Counted from the whole stretch's first letter, positions 51,008 to 63,480 are shown. The stretch is DNA of 63,623 nucleotides, filler included, from Octopus bimaculoides (GCF_001194135.2; 5 parts of 4 records of this genome joined end to end with filler, not necessarily neighbours in it); one strand, 5' to 3'. Numbers and translations are program-made. Notes: a model not told the origin generated them from the letters alone.

Positions 51008-51716
51008 ATAGTAGTAGTGGGAGTAGTAGTAGTGGGAGTAGTAGTAGTAGTAGTAGTAGTAGTACTAGAGGCCACTCAAGGCCTTTCCTCCAAGCTTAGT
51101 TTTAACCTTTGTACCGTCACACACACACACGCACACACACACAGACGCACGCACGCACACACACACACACACACACACAAATATATATACACACACAACA
51201 CCTCCTCCATACATACACTCCCCACACAAGCACAAATGCACTCACACATACATACACATAATTACATACCTGTGTGTATACACATTCACGGTATACATAT
51301 ATGTACGTATACATATATTACATATATGCATANNNNNNNNNNNNNNNNNNNNNNNNNNNNNNNNNNNNNNNNNNNNNNNNNNNNNNNNNNNNNNNNNNNN
51401 NNNNNNNNNNNNNNNNNNNNNNNNNNNNNNNNNNNNNNNNNNNNNNNNNNNNNNNNNNNNNNNNNNNNNNNNNNNNNNNNNNNNNNNNNNNNNNNNNNNN
51501 NNNNNNNNNNNNNNNNNNNNNNNNNNNNNNNNNNNNNNNNNNNNNNNNNNNNNNNNNNNNNNNNNNNNNNNNNNNNNNNNNNNNNNNNNNNNNNNNNNNN
51601 NNNNNNNNNNNNNNNNNNNNNNNNNNNNNNNNNNATTCATATTCATTTATGCGCACCTTATTAATATGTTCCCTAATCTTTTTCACTCTTAACTCCATAA
51701 TTAACGACCTACTATC

Positions 51717-51751
<35 letters not shown>

Positions 51752-51872
51752 TCGCCACTCTCTCTACTTATTTATATTAGTAGCTATCCGTCGATGCATG
51801 CATGTGTATGTATGTGTGCATGTATGTATACGTATATGTACATACGTATGTATCTATCTATCTGTCTATCTG

Positions 51873-51903
<31 letters not shown>

Positions 51904-51944
51904 TACTCTATCTATCTAACTATCTATCTGCCTCTTTCTGTTTG

Positions 51945-52001
<57 letters not shown>

Positions 52002-52129
52002 ACCTTCATACGCACATACCTACATCCCTTTCAACTTACCTACATTTCCACCCCGCCCTCACCAAACTCCTTACCTGTCCCCTCCTCCTTTAACGAACAA
52101 TTCATTCTATCTCGCTTGAAGACCCATTG

Positions 52130-52810
52130 TTCGGTTCGGTGTAGTGCGCTGTAATACACAGTAGCGGTGGTGGGGGAGGGCTGGCGGTGCACTGTGTCGT
52201 GATGTTGCGGGTTGTGGTTTGACGTGGCGTGTTTAAGAGGACTATCCAAGGTTTCCCAACATTGTGTGCTGCAGATCTGTTTAAGTTCGATGTGGCGTGG
52301 TGTGGCGAGGCACTTTGGAGGCGACGTGAAGGGAGAAAGAACATGGAGCGGTTCGGAGCTATATTGCAGTATAGCAGTGTGTGTTGTAGTGTAATGTAAA
52401 GTAATGTAGTGTGTGTGTTGAGGTATGCTGTGTTATTGCGTAGCGTGTGTTTTTGTGGTGCTGTGGCCGTGCATTTGTTGGCATAGCTAGCGCGTGGCGG
52501 AATAGCGTGGTGATGCTTGGCGCGGTGAGCTATGCCATGGTTTTATAATGTGGAGTTGCGTATAGCATTAAAGTGTGTCCTCTGGTGTTGAGGTATGTCG
52601 AAGTATATCGAGGTGTGCAATGCTATGCTGTGTTGTATGGTGTGGTTATGGTGTGTTGTGGTATTGTTTGTTGGAGAAGTTTTAGCAAAGAGCTGAATGG
52701 CGAGGCGAGGCGAGGAGAGGAGAGGCGTGATGTGGATTGGTGTGGGGTTTTGGGTTTTAAGAATTGTGTGATGGGAAGCAGTGTTGTGGTGGTGTTGGGG
52801 GAGGTGATGC
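52130..52810. repeat. Cryptic G/T-rich pentanucleotide-period low-complexity tract
   Basis: Recurrent TGTGG, TGTAG, GGCGT and GGCGA units with strong strand asymmetry. Confidence 0.6.
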
Positions 52811-52882
52811 AAGATTTGAGATTGTTATTAAATTTGGCATCCCCAATTCCCGCCTTGTTTCTGCCCTAACCGATATCAACAG

Positions 52883-52956
52883 TTGCCGCTGATTGCCGTA
52901 GTCAGACACAGAGAAGAATTGAAGACCTGTTGATAGCATTTGCTGATGATTCATAG
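52883..52956 (+). CDS. Candidate exon encoding AADCRSQTQRRIEDLLIAFADDS*
   Basis: Branch-like CTAAC, pyrimidine tract and CAG acceptor; AG/GTAAAT donor; unique island between low-complexity tracts. Confidence 0.3.
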
Positions 52957-53229
52957 GTAAATAGAAGATATTGGTAGGGTAGGGGAGGGAAGCATTTAGT
53001 TTAGGGAAAGAGGAGAAAGAAGGGAAGAACTAGTGACGGGGATGGCGTCGGTGGTCATGGCGGTAAAGAGAGGAGAAAGAGGGAGACGGTGAGAGTGTGT
53101 GTGTGTGTGTGTGATTGGAGGCTGAGAAATGAAGAAGATAGTAAGAGGAAAAGAAATTGACAGAGAAAGGGTGAAAGGTGGAGGGAGTTGTAGATGAGAT
53201 AGAGGGAATAAAATCTGAAGGAAGAGGCA

Positions 53230-53273
<44 letters not shown>

Positions 53274-53305
53274 TTTGCATGTGTGTACACATATACAAGT
53301 ATATA

Positions 53306-53341
<36 letters not shown>

Positions 53342-53348
53342 TGTACGC

Positions 53349-53423
<75 letters not shown>

Positions 53424-53492
53424 CACACACATATCTATATAGAGCTAGAGAGAGAGAGAAAAGGAGAGAAAGAGAGTGAGGTAAAGGGAGAG

Positions 53493-53524
<32 letters not shown>

Positions 53525-53694
53525 CAAGGAGGGAAAGAGAGTGTGATGAACAAAGAGAGACTACTAGAAGTGTGTATATGTGAATATATTCATAGATGCA
53601 TGCTTGTATGCATGTATATGTGCATGTACGTATGAACTCGTGTATGCATTTATGTATGCATATATGCATGTATATATATATATATATATATATG

Positions 53695-53773
<79 letters not shown>

Positions 53774-54204
53774 TTATTTATATATGCATGACTGTGTGGT
53801 AAGAAGCTTGCTTCCCGACCACATNNNNNNNNNNNNNNNNNNNNNNNNNNNNNNNNNNNNNNNNNNNNNNNNNNNNNNNNNNNNNNNNNNNNNNNNNNNN
53901 NNNNNNNNNNNNNNNNNNNNNNNNNNNNNNNNNNNNNNNNNNNNNNNNNNNNNNNNNNNNNNNNNNNNNNNNNNNNNNNNNNNNNNNNNNNNNNNNTTCT
54001 TTCTGTGCCTTATAATTTAACACACTCACCGGTGAAATTTTCACGTATTCTTTGTTTTTATTTTCCTAAAATTTTCGTTGCGTCTTGCAATCTTTTCAAT
54101 AGACTTGAATTATAAGGCACAAAAAGAAAATGACTCTCCCCAGACACAACAGAGTATATATGCTTCAAGACACGAGCTCACATAAAGAATCTTGCAAACC
54201 AAAT

Positions 54205-54350
54205 CCCAAAACGAAAAATACCTTAGGAATGAGAACCCAGGTTCGAAATTTCCCCAAGACACCTGATGAAGGCTGGAGGGTATATCAGCCGAAACGTTGT
54301 GTTAACAACAAACAAGATGAGGACAAATATCCGTCAGATGTAAATAATGT
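54205..54350 (+). mobile_element. Solo PLE pLTR segment (family 1)
   Basis: Collinear with 8000-8137 and 41103-41250. Confidence 0.9.
54258..54303 (+). ncRNA. Intact minimal type I hammerhead ribozyme (family 1)
   Basis: Stem I GACAC/GTGTT, core CTGATGA, stem II GGCTG/CAGCC, GAAA, palindromic stem III AACGTT; predicted cleavage after GUU (54298). Confidence 0.85.
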
Positions 54351-54357
54351 ATATATC

Positions 54358-54399
<42 letters not shown>

Positions 54400-54659
54400 T
54401 ATACATACCGATAAATACTTGCGTACAGAAACAAATATATACATACATTTCCCACGTATACATTATATCTAATCGCCCATCTCAGCCATGTGGTTATCAG
54501 AATAGTACCGGAGCAAATACAAGCGAACTCAGAATTAGATATACACACTGACCACTGGGGTAATCATTTTAATAATTATATTCTCAATTTATACGCGTAT
54601 AAAGATTAAAGATTGTTTTTTTATTGAAGTTTGTTGTTTAACCCCCAGTATACCATATA

Positions 54660-55050
54660 TATACTCTTTACTCTTTTACTCTTTTACTTGTTTCAGTCAT
54701 TTGACTGCGGCCATGCTGGATCACCGCCTTTAGTCGAGCAAATCGACCCCGGGACTTATTCTTTGTAAGCCTAGTACTTATTCTATCGGTCTCTTTTGCC
54801 GAACCGCTAAGTTACGGGGACATAAACACACCAGCGTCGTTTGTCAAGCAATGCTTGGGGGACAAACACACACACACATACATATATATATATACATATA
54901 TACGACAGGCTTCGTTCAGTTTCCGTCTACCAAATCCACTCACAAGGCTTTGGTCGGCCCGAGGCTATAGTAGAAGACATTTCCCCAAGGTGCCACGCAG
55001 TGGGACTGAACTCAGAACCATGTGGTTGGCAAACAAGCTACTTACCACAC
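54660..55050 (-). mobile_element. Full-length, relatively young SINE family O
   Basis: (CTCTTTTA)n tail, TTTCAGTCATTTGACTGCGGCCATGCTGG, CCCAAGGTGCCACGCAGTGGGACTGAAC and ACCACACAGCCACTCC. Confidence 0.92.
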
Positions 55051-55585
55051 AGCCACTCCACACTTTTACTTGTTTCAGACACTCGACTGTAGCCATGCTG
55101 CAGCGCTGCTCTGAAGGGTTTTAGTCGAACAAATCGAACCCCAGGGTCGATTTATGTTGTATGGGGAATCTCTACACACCCGTGGTTGGCTAAGGGAACT
55201 GTACTAGTCTGTATAAATGATCAAGCGGAGGACAGTCTGAGAAGAGTGTTCCATATGCGCAGTCATAGTGTACACATACATATATACACACACGCATACA
55301 TACATACATACATACATACATAATGCATACATAATTATACATATGCATATGCACACACAAATACACACACACACACACATATATACATATATATACACAC
55401 AGATTTTGATGTTTATATGTATGCGTTGCCATACCCTCTCTTACCTTTTCCTTCTCTCACTCACTCTACACCATTTTCTTTCTTTATTTCTTTCTTTCTT
55501 TTCTTTCTTTCTTTTCTTTTCTTTCTTTTTTTTCTTCTTTTCTTTCTTTCTTTCTTTCTTTCTTTTCTTTTCTTTCTTTTTCTTT

Positions 55586-55649
<64 letters not shown>

Positions 55650-55819
55650 TNNNNNNNNNNNNNNNNNNNNNNNNNNNNNNNNNNNNNNNNNNNNTTAATT
55701 AATTAANNNNNNNNNNNNNNNNNNNNNNNNNNNNNNNNNNNNNNNNNNNNATATATGTGTGTGTGTGTGTGATAAGGGTGTTGAATGATTTCAACACTAC
55801 CATGCTAGAAAGAGACATC

Positions 55820-56085
55820 AAACGGTATAGTCGCAGGAGTAGTAAGTAGCTTCCTTACCAACCAAATGTTTGTGGGTTCAGTCCCACTGCCTGGCACCTT
55901 GAGCAACTGTCTTCTACGCCGTTGCTGGTGTGTTTACGCCCCTGTAACTTGGCGGTTCGTCAAACAAGACCGATAGAATAAGTACTAGGCTTACAAAGAG
56001 TAAGTCATGGGGTCGATTTGCTCGACTAAAAGGTGGTGCTCCAGCATGGTGCAGTCAAAATGACTGAAACGAATAAAAGAATATG
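55820..56085 (+). mobile_element. SINE family O with internal deletion
   Basis: GGGTTCAGTCCCACTGCCTGGCACCTTGAGCAACTGTCTTCTAC is joined to GTTGCTGGTGTGTTTACG...CAGTCAAAATGACTGAAAC. Confidence 0.88.
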
Positions 56086-56394
56086 TTAAACCTAATGTCA
56101 TCATATTACATTATTTCATATCATATCTTATACTAACAAGTTGAGTAAAATGTAAGCAATATTTTGGGCCATGGATTTTTGCAGACTTTCGAATTTTTTA
56201 TAAACATCTGTTTGCAATGTTCTGGTAATATAGAGATAGACTTGCCCAAATGCATCAATCAAATTAGCATTTATATTCTTTTCGCGTTGTTATTATCGTC
56301 TGAACCGGAACTTTCAAAGCACTGTATTTGTAACTGGTTGGCAAAAATGTGTTGATTGTCATGTTACTTACTTTCATGAATAAAATTTCCACAT

Positions 56395-57003
56395 TGTTTT
56401 CATCGTTCTCGACACAATCAAGATCGTGTGAAACTGAAACACGAGTGTCTTCTTGGTCAGGTGAAAGCAGTTTTGGCACAAACTTGGCTGACACGAGTCT
56501 CATACTCAAATCTTCAGTTATAATGGATTGAACTAAAACGTATCTAAGCTGCACATTCTTTGATATCTCACGTATAATGATTCAACGATTCCCCTCATAG
56601 CTGCACGCATATCTGCGATGTTTTTCGCATTTCTGCTCGTTGCGGGTCTTTCATTACGTTCCTCAATATCGACATATTTTGGACCGTCTTGGAAACGTGC
56701 GAATCACTCATACATTTGTGTGAGATTCATACACTCCTCTCGATACACTTTCCGCAATTTTGCGTAGACTTCGGAGCTGGTATCGCCAAGATAATTCTCT
56801 GTCATGGTCAATGCGACGATCACACGAAAAACACCTTCGTTCCAAGCACTGCTGAAAACAGCAGAAGTGAGCTAGAACGTTAAAACTTAATGCGCCTGCA
56901 CAATACAGTTTACGTTCAATCTTAACCAAGCGGCTTCACACTGCATGCTTTAGTTTCGTTACTATGGCAACAGTGCAAATACTTATTGATCAGACATCTT
57001 CGT
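56395..57003 (-). mobile_element. Degraded mariner-family transposon (5' TIR and N-terminal transposase; catalytic domain not seen)
   Basis: Minus strand: LGDTSSEVYAKLRKVYREECMNLTQMYE*FARFQDG...EERNERPATS and LSMRLVSAKFVPKLLSPDQ (WVP-motif equivalent). TIR-like end ACGAAGATGTCTGATCAATAAGTAT. Confidence 0.85.
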
Positions 57004-59892
57004 CCATTGTATGCACACAAATACTCACAATTCCACATACACTTTTCACACACACAGATGTATGTCTATCTACTTATCTATCTTTCTACATATCTATCTG
57101 TCCATTTTCTATCTATTTATCTGTCTCTACATCTGTACGCACAAACACACAAGTATATATACGGAAGAACTAAGGGGAAGAGAGAAAGAGAGATTTAGAA
57201 ATGATCGCTTGACTGTGGGCGTGTGACTGTAATGTGTTTATACCGTTACAAATCACGGAGACATTGTCACCTAAACTACATAGAGTATGTTAACAAATTC
57301 CAAACAATATGCTATTAAAAATGTCATAAAATAAGTGGAATTTGTAAGGAGGTTTGATATATTTTATAAGTATACGGGATTATGTAGAATTTGTACTGAG
57401 AATTGACGTCGTTCTAAATATACTGGATTATTTTTTTATAAATAATGGATGATTGTATTGATCTTCGAGCATGACCTATTTGTTACGGTTGATACGTCGG
57501 GCGAACATAAGATCAAAGAATTTGCCGCAATTAACATAGTGTATTTGCAACTAGATTACTTTAGATATCATTTGTTGCATTGTTTTATTGAGATTTCACT
57601 ATTAAATATAGCAAATCGTGTAACCATGCAGTCGCTTGTTGTTGCGCCGTATTTCTTGCTGGAATGAACGACATGGTCGCTAAAACCTAGAGAAACATTT
57701 ACATTTCTTCGCTAATACAACTTCAAATTATGAGATGACTAATTTACTTTAACATGATTTTTCTTTGTAATGAATTTTTAAAGAATCAGCAAATGAAATC
57801 TCTTTTCCACTTAACTGTCATTCATATAGATGCATAATTATCTTTACACAAGGTTATTGAAGAAAAATTTAAATAGAAATAAAATCAAACACAAAATTAC
57901 AAACCACAGCATCCACATTCTGGTTTAAGAAAATAAAATGTTTTCATATAACCCAAAGTAATGTAGTCGTTTATTTTTTAATCAATCCTGTGTTGTGGAT
58001 GAAATGATATGGAATATTATACCATTAATATATGCCTTGATATCTAAAATCCGTCATAAATAATAGTAAGAAAGATATAAAAAAGAAAAACCTTTACACT
58101 TTAATCAAAACTAATAATATATGGTATAACTCACGAAAATACACAAAAGATTATGTATGATCGGATTCTTTGTAGCACACATGAAATGCGGTCACAGTGT
58201 AGAACTCTGACAGCATTATAAATGTATTCATAATACTAAATTTGTCATCATGCCTATAAAATTTGTCAAAGGATTTATTAAAATGTTTTTGCGACACCAA
58301 CAAATGATGGGTTTCCACTACTGTAGATTTGTTAGTTTTGTTTCTTTCGTTGCTACAGTCATTATTTGTTAGTGTGTGACAGTCGCCATTCAACTGCAAT
58401 TGCTGCAGTTTTTGCTACAAGTGTGGTACCAAGTGAAATGAATACATTCTTCAAATTGGTAGTTTTCTAGGCGACTACAGCGGTTTCCTACTACTGTCAG
58501 TTTCGTTATTTCACATATCGTGGCAACATTTAGCGCTTATCTTTGTTGTTGTCGTTACTCTTTTCACTAGTGTTGTTGTTGTCGATGTTGTAGTTTTTGC
58601 TGTTGCTCTTGTTATTGTTGCTCTCCTTGTAATAGTTGCTTATTTTCTGCTGACGAGGAAATGAAAAGATTCTATAAAGTATTTACTAACAAGCAGAAGA
58701 AGATTCTTACTCCTACCTTATACCCAATTCTGCATATTGTCTCTGCTATTCGAAATTATGTTAAGTACTACATATAATATATAAAGTGAGAGATTTTCGA
58801 ATATATTGCTCCAAATTTTGGAATATATGCAATGTTCTCTTAAATATTACAGCTCCTTTCTTGAAACATTAGCATATCAATCTACACATTCATTACACTG
58901 TGTTGTAAAACTAATACGAAAAACAAATAGTACTAAAAAGGTATATATACATACATACATATGTATACATACATNNNNNNNNNNNNNNNNNNNNNNNNNN
59001 NNNNNNNNNNNNNNNNNNNNNNNNNNNNNNNNNNNNNNNNNNNNNNNNNNNNNNNNNNNNNNNNNNNNNNNNNNNNNNNNNNNNNNNNNNNNNNNNNNNN
59101 NNNNNNNNNNNNNNNNNNNNNNNNNNNNNNNNNNNNNNNNNNNNNNNNNNNNNNNNNNNNNNNNNNNNNNNNNNNNNNNNNNNNNNNNNNNNNNNNNNNN
59201 NNNNNNNNNNNNNNNNNNNNNNNNNNNNNNNNNNNNNNNNNNNNNNNNNNNNNNNNNNNNNNNNNNNNNNNNNNNNNNNNNNNNNNNNNNNNNNNNNNNN
59301 NNNNNNNNNNNNNNNNNNNNNNNNNNNNNNNNNNNNNNNNNNNNNNNNNNNNNNNNNNNNNNNNNNNNNNNNNNNNNNNNNNNNNNNNNNNNNNNNNNNN
59401 NNNNNNNNNNNNNNNNNNNNNNNNNNNNNNNNNNNNNNNNNNNNNNNNNNNNNNNNNNNNNNNNNNNNNNNNNNNNNNNNNNNNNNNNNNNNNNNNNNNN
59501 NNNNNNNNNNNNNNNNNNNNNNNNNNNNNNNNNNNNNNNNNNNNNNNNNNNNNNNNNNNNNNNNNNNNNNNNNNNNNNNNNNNNNNNNNNNNNNNNNNNN
59601 NNNNNTATATATATATATATCATAACATAAAATGGTGCAAAAGAACAGAATTGCCTTCCTCATTTAATTGACCAAAAATCGGCAAATGCCAAATATATTG
59701 AACACATAAAAGAAAAAAAATTCTCCTAGGATTGTGTCAAAAGAAACATGTGCCTTTTAAGATGTTAGAGCTGTTCGCCAGAGGGCATTTTGTCTGTAAG
59801 CGAAGCAAAAGATTAAGGAAGTAAAGAGTCTAATTGTCTTTGTGAAATGAATCCACAAACAGTTTGACTCTAGTTAATATTACAAGGAAATA

Positions 59893-60062
59893 AGGCAGCA
59901 ATGTGGCAGAAACGTCACCAGCGGGGCGAAATGCTTAGCGCTATTCCGTCTGACTTTACGTTCTAATTTTAAATTCCGCCGAGGTCGCGTACCAGGTCGA
60001 TCTAATCGACTGACCCACCCTCCCCAACATTGACGGACCTTGTGCCTAGAGTATAAAAAAAT
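59893..60062 (+). mobile_element. SINE family M with internal deletion
   Basis: AAGGCAGCAATGTGGCAGAAAC...TTTACGTTCTAATTTTAAATTCCGCCGAGGTCG joined to CAGGTCGATCTAATCGACTG...CCTTGTGCC. Confidence 0.8.
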
Positions 60063-61329
60063 ATTACAAGGAAATATACTTAATGACTCCGGAAATATAA
60101 TTCACAACGGAATCATAGGACAAAGTCAAATTGCTCATTTTACATGAAATTTTCTATTTACAATTGAATGTCTACGTTGTGAGGTTGTGTCTAGTATCAA
60201 AATATTTTACAAAATATTGACTGTTGTATTCAAAATAATTCTTTAGGTCCCATTATATATATATTTATTATATATATATTTCATCATTTCCGCTTTTTCA
60301 TTATTCCTATAAGCTGTTTCATCGCAATCATTGTTTGTGTAAATAATGTGTTTAATATGAACAGACTATTTAACAAATAAGACTACAATTTGCTGCAAAG
60401 TAGTTAGCATAATTTAACTCGCGTGCTTGCTAGCATATGTGTGCAAAACCGTATATATATATATANNNNNNNNNNNNNNNNNNNNNNNNNNNNNNNNNNN
60501 NNNNNNNNNNNNNNNNNNNNNNNNNNNNNNNNNNNNNNNNNNNNNNNNNNNNNNNNNNNNNNNNNNNNNNNNNNNNNNNNNNNNNNNNNNNNNNNNNNNN
60601 NNNNNNNNNNNNNNNNNNNNNNNNNNNNNNNNNNNNNNNNNNNNNNNNNNNNNNNNNNNNNNNNNNNNNNNNNNNNNNNNNNNNNNNNNNNNNNNNNNNN
60701 NNNNNNNNNNNNNNNNNNNNNNNNNNNNNNNNNNNNNNNNNNNNNNNNNNNNNNNNNNNNNNNNNNNNNNNNNNNNNNNNNNNNNNNNNNNNNNNNNNNN
60801 NNNNNNNNNNNNNNNNNNNNNNNNNNNNNNNNNNNNNNNNNNNNNNNNNNNNNNNNNNNNNNNNNNNNNNNNNNNNNNNNNNNNNNNNNNNNNNNNNNNN
60901 NNNNNNNNNNNNNNNNNNNNNNNNNNNNNNNNNNNNNNNNNNNNNNNNNNNNNNNNNNNNNNNNNNNNNNNNNNNNNNNNNNNNNNNNNNNNNNNNNNNN
61001 NNNNNNNNNNNNNNNNNNNNNNNNNNNNNNNNNNNNNNNNNNNNNNNNNNNNNNNNNNNNNNNNNNNNNNNNNNNNNNNNNNNNNNNNNNNNNNNNNNNN
61101 NNNNNNNNNNNNNNNNNNNNNNNNNNNNNNNNNNNNNNNNNNNNNNNNNNNNNNNNNNNNNNNNNNNNNNNNNNNNNNNNNNNNNNNNNNNNNNNNNNNN
61201 NNNNNNNNNNNNNNNNNNNNNNNNNNNNNNNNNNNNNNNNNNNNNNNNNNNNNNNNNNNNNNNNNNNNNNNNNNNNNNNNNNNNNNNNNNNNNNNNNNNN
61301 NNNNNNNNNNNNNNNNNNNNNNNNNNNNN

Positions 61330-61363
<34 letters not shown>

Positions 61364-61863
61364 TCAGAAATGAGAGTGAGTATAATAGATTTCGAGTGAT
61401 ATATATGTATGAATTTATTGATATACAAAGAAATAGTAAATTAGGTACCAGAAAGCTATTCTTTAAAACACATTGTGAAATTCAGTTCTTACACTGAAAT
61501 AGCATTCGATTGTGAGGGGTAGGAACTTTTTAGAGTGTGTTGTTAACCGATAGTTTCTCTAAGGATATCGTATATGTAAGAACATTTAACAAGCGAAATA
61601 TTAAAAGCCATATTATAACGACACCATTAGGTATTTTCCCTTTAATTGGGTTGCGTTCGCCTTACTCTGTTCCATTTCTCAATGCATATACCACCTCACA
61701 TACATTTGCATTTCTTATATACATTTCCATGCGGATGAATATCTGTATGTGTGTACATATGTATATGTGCATATGTGTGTATATACATGTCTACATATAT
61801 ATAGTATATAATATATGTAGTAATTAAATATATAAATATATGTATTTATAGTATATGATACAC

Positions 61864-61923
<60 letters not shown>

Positions 61924-62500
61924 TCTGTACGTGTAATGGACGTAGATTACTCATGTTCAGCCGATTGAATATGAAATAATTTAAAGGAATTTTGATTAAA
62001 TGTACTCGGCGTCACTAGTCTTCGATTTTCGAATTAAAGTAAATTCATTATTTGCCACAATGCTTTCCATCGCATGATTATTCAGTTGTCAATGTTTTAA
62101 TTTGTTCAATATGTACCCGTTGTTCATTGCTATGAAAAGTCGAAGTCAATGTAACTATTGAGTATTCAGTTGATGAATTATTCCTACATTCATAAATGGT
62201 AGCTGCGTCTCTGTTCTTTCATATCTATATCTATTAGTCTCCATTAAACGGTTATCAGTAGTCACTTGTTAATAATTATGTTATAAAATTAATGTTTATA
62301 ATTTATAGCCTAAAACGACATCATGGTTCTGCTCAGTGTTACGTTACAAAGGAATTATTGGTAAATGTAGCCTTTCGTTCAATGTAATTACAGTAGCAGC
62401 TAACTCTATACTCACAGCTATATTACCAGTTAATGCGTGTTCGTCACTGCACCCTATAGTCGAAGAAATAAGTAATATAATGTGTAGGATATTTACTCAC

Positions 62501-62579
62501 CTCAAATCGTATACATAATCAGTTGCACTCCACTTGAATGCAGTAAAGGTTGAAGACACTTTACATAAAACTGCTGCTA
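62501..62579 (-). CDS. Candidate internal exon (AAVLCKVSSTFTAFKWSATDYVYDL), phase 1-2
   Basis: Acceptor GTTCGCTTGTTCAATCAG, donor AG/GTGAGT, one open frame; no homology recognised. Confidence 0.25.
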
Positions 62580-63480
62580 CTGATTGAACAAGCGAACACT
62601 ATTTTCTATTCACTTATATACATTTTTGAACTATAGGTTTTAAGCATAATAATCGAAAAGTTGCATCTCAGACGTCACAGATATAGTTAAGGCTTACACC
62701 TTTAACCACTCTCTTATCTTTCAGTACGTTATTCTTTTTCTTTACAGATTACCTACTATTTCGTATATAATATTCTTCAAACTATGCGCTGTATTTGATT
62801 GTAACATACAGTTACTAATTTGATACGACGAATTGTCAGGCACTATGTAACATAAATCCCATCTGACAGCACCTAAATAAGTAAATTAATTCCAGAATTT
62901 GTGAATTCATAAAATACTTACGAAGTGGAGTTTTGATAAAACTATCTTTCTAATTAAGGGGGTGTTGTATTATAAATTAGCTACCATTTTATATGTTTTT
63001 ACTTATTTAAGTAAAAAGGGATATCGACAACACTATAAACATTGCAGAAAATGTGATAAAGTTCTAGATAGGGAGAATAACAGTATGTTCCTCTTTCTTG
63101 CTACAAGTGGAAGAAGAGCATTAATTTGCCGAGTTACGAACGGCCGGTACGTTGACCCTTAAGTTATGACCGAGGTGCACCCATAAACAACGCCTGGATC
63201 AAGTGGTGGTAGTAAAGTAAGTGAAGGATAGAATCTCCCTTTGCTCTAACAACGGATACATAATTGCGGACGTCTCTAGAGTTTGACTTGACGAATTTTC
63301 CGTTATTAGACTTGGATCGCATAGAAAATATAGTCGAATATGCACAGCTGTTTTGAACTGACGACCATAGGGAAATAAAATGAAATTGCTAAACACAAAG
63401 CCATATATATTTTGTGCACTCAGTTGGTATTTGGACCGTTGAATGACAATACATCCCCATCATCTTTGTAGATAAAATTT

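Noticed and set aside
54070-54105. Minus-strand hammerhead-like fold (CTATTGA...TTGC AAGAC GCAA..GAAA)
   Set aside because: The core deviates from CUGANGA at two essential positions and stem I is not convincing.
58151-58411. Minus-strand 82-87 codon ORF
   Set aside because: AT-rich, with no recognisable motif and no linked exon; insufficient support.
12773-61497. Long ORFs in the track made of X, (YI)n, (HT)n, (CV)n, poly-L/I/N/S
   Set aside because: They are translations of N gaps and microsatellites.
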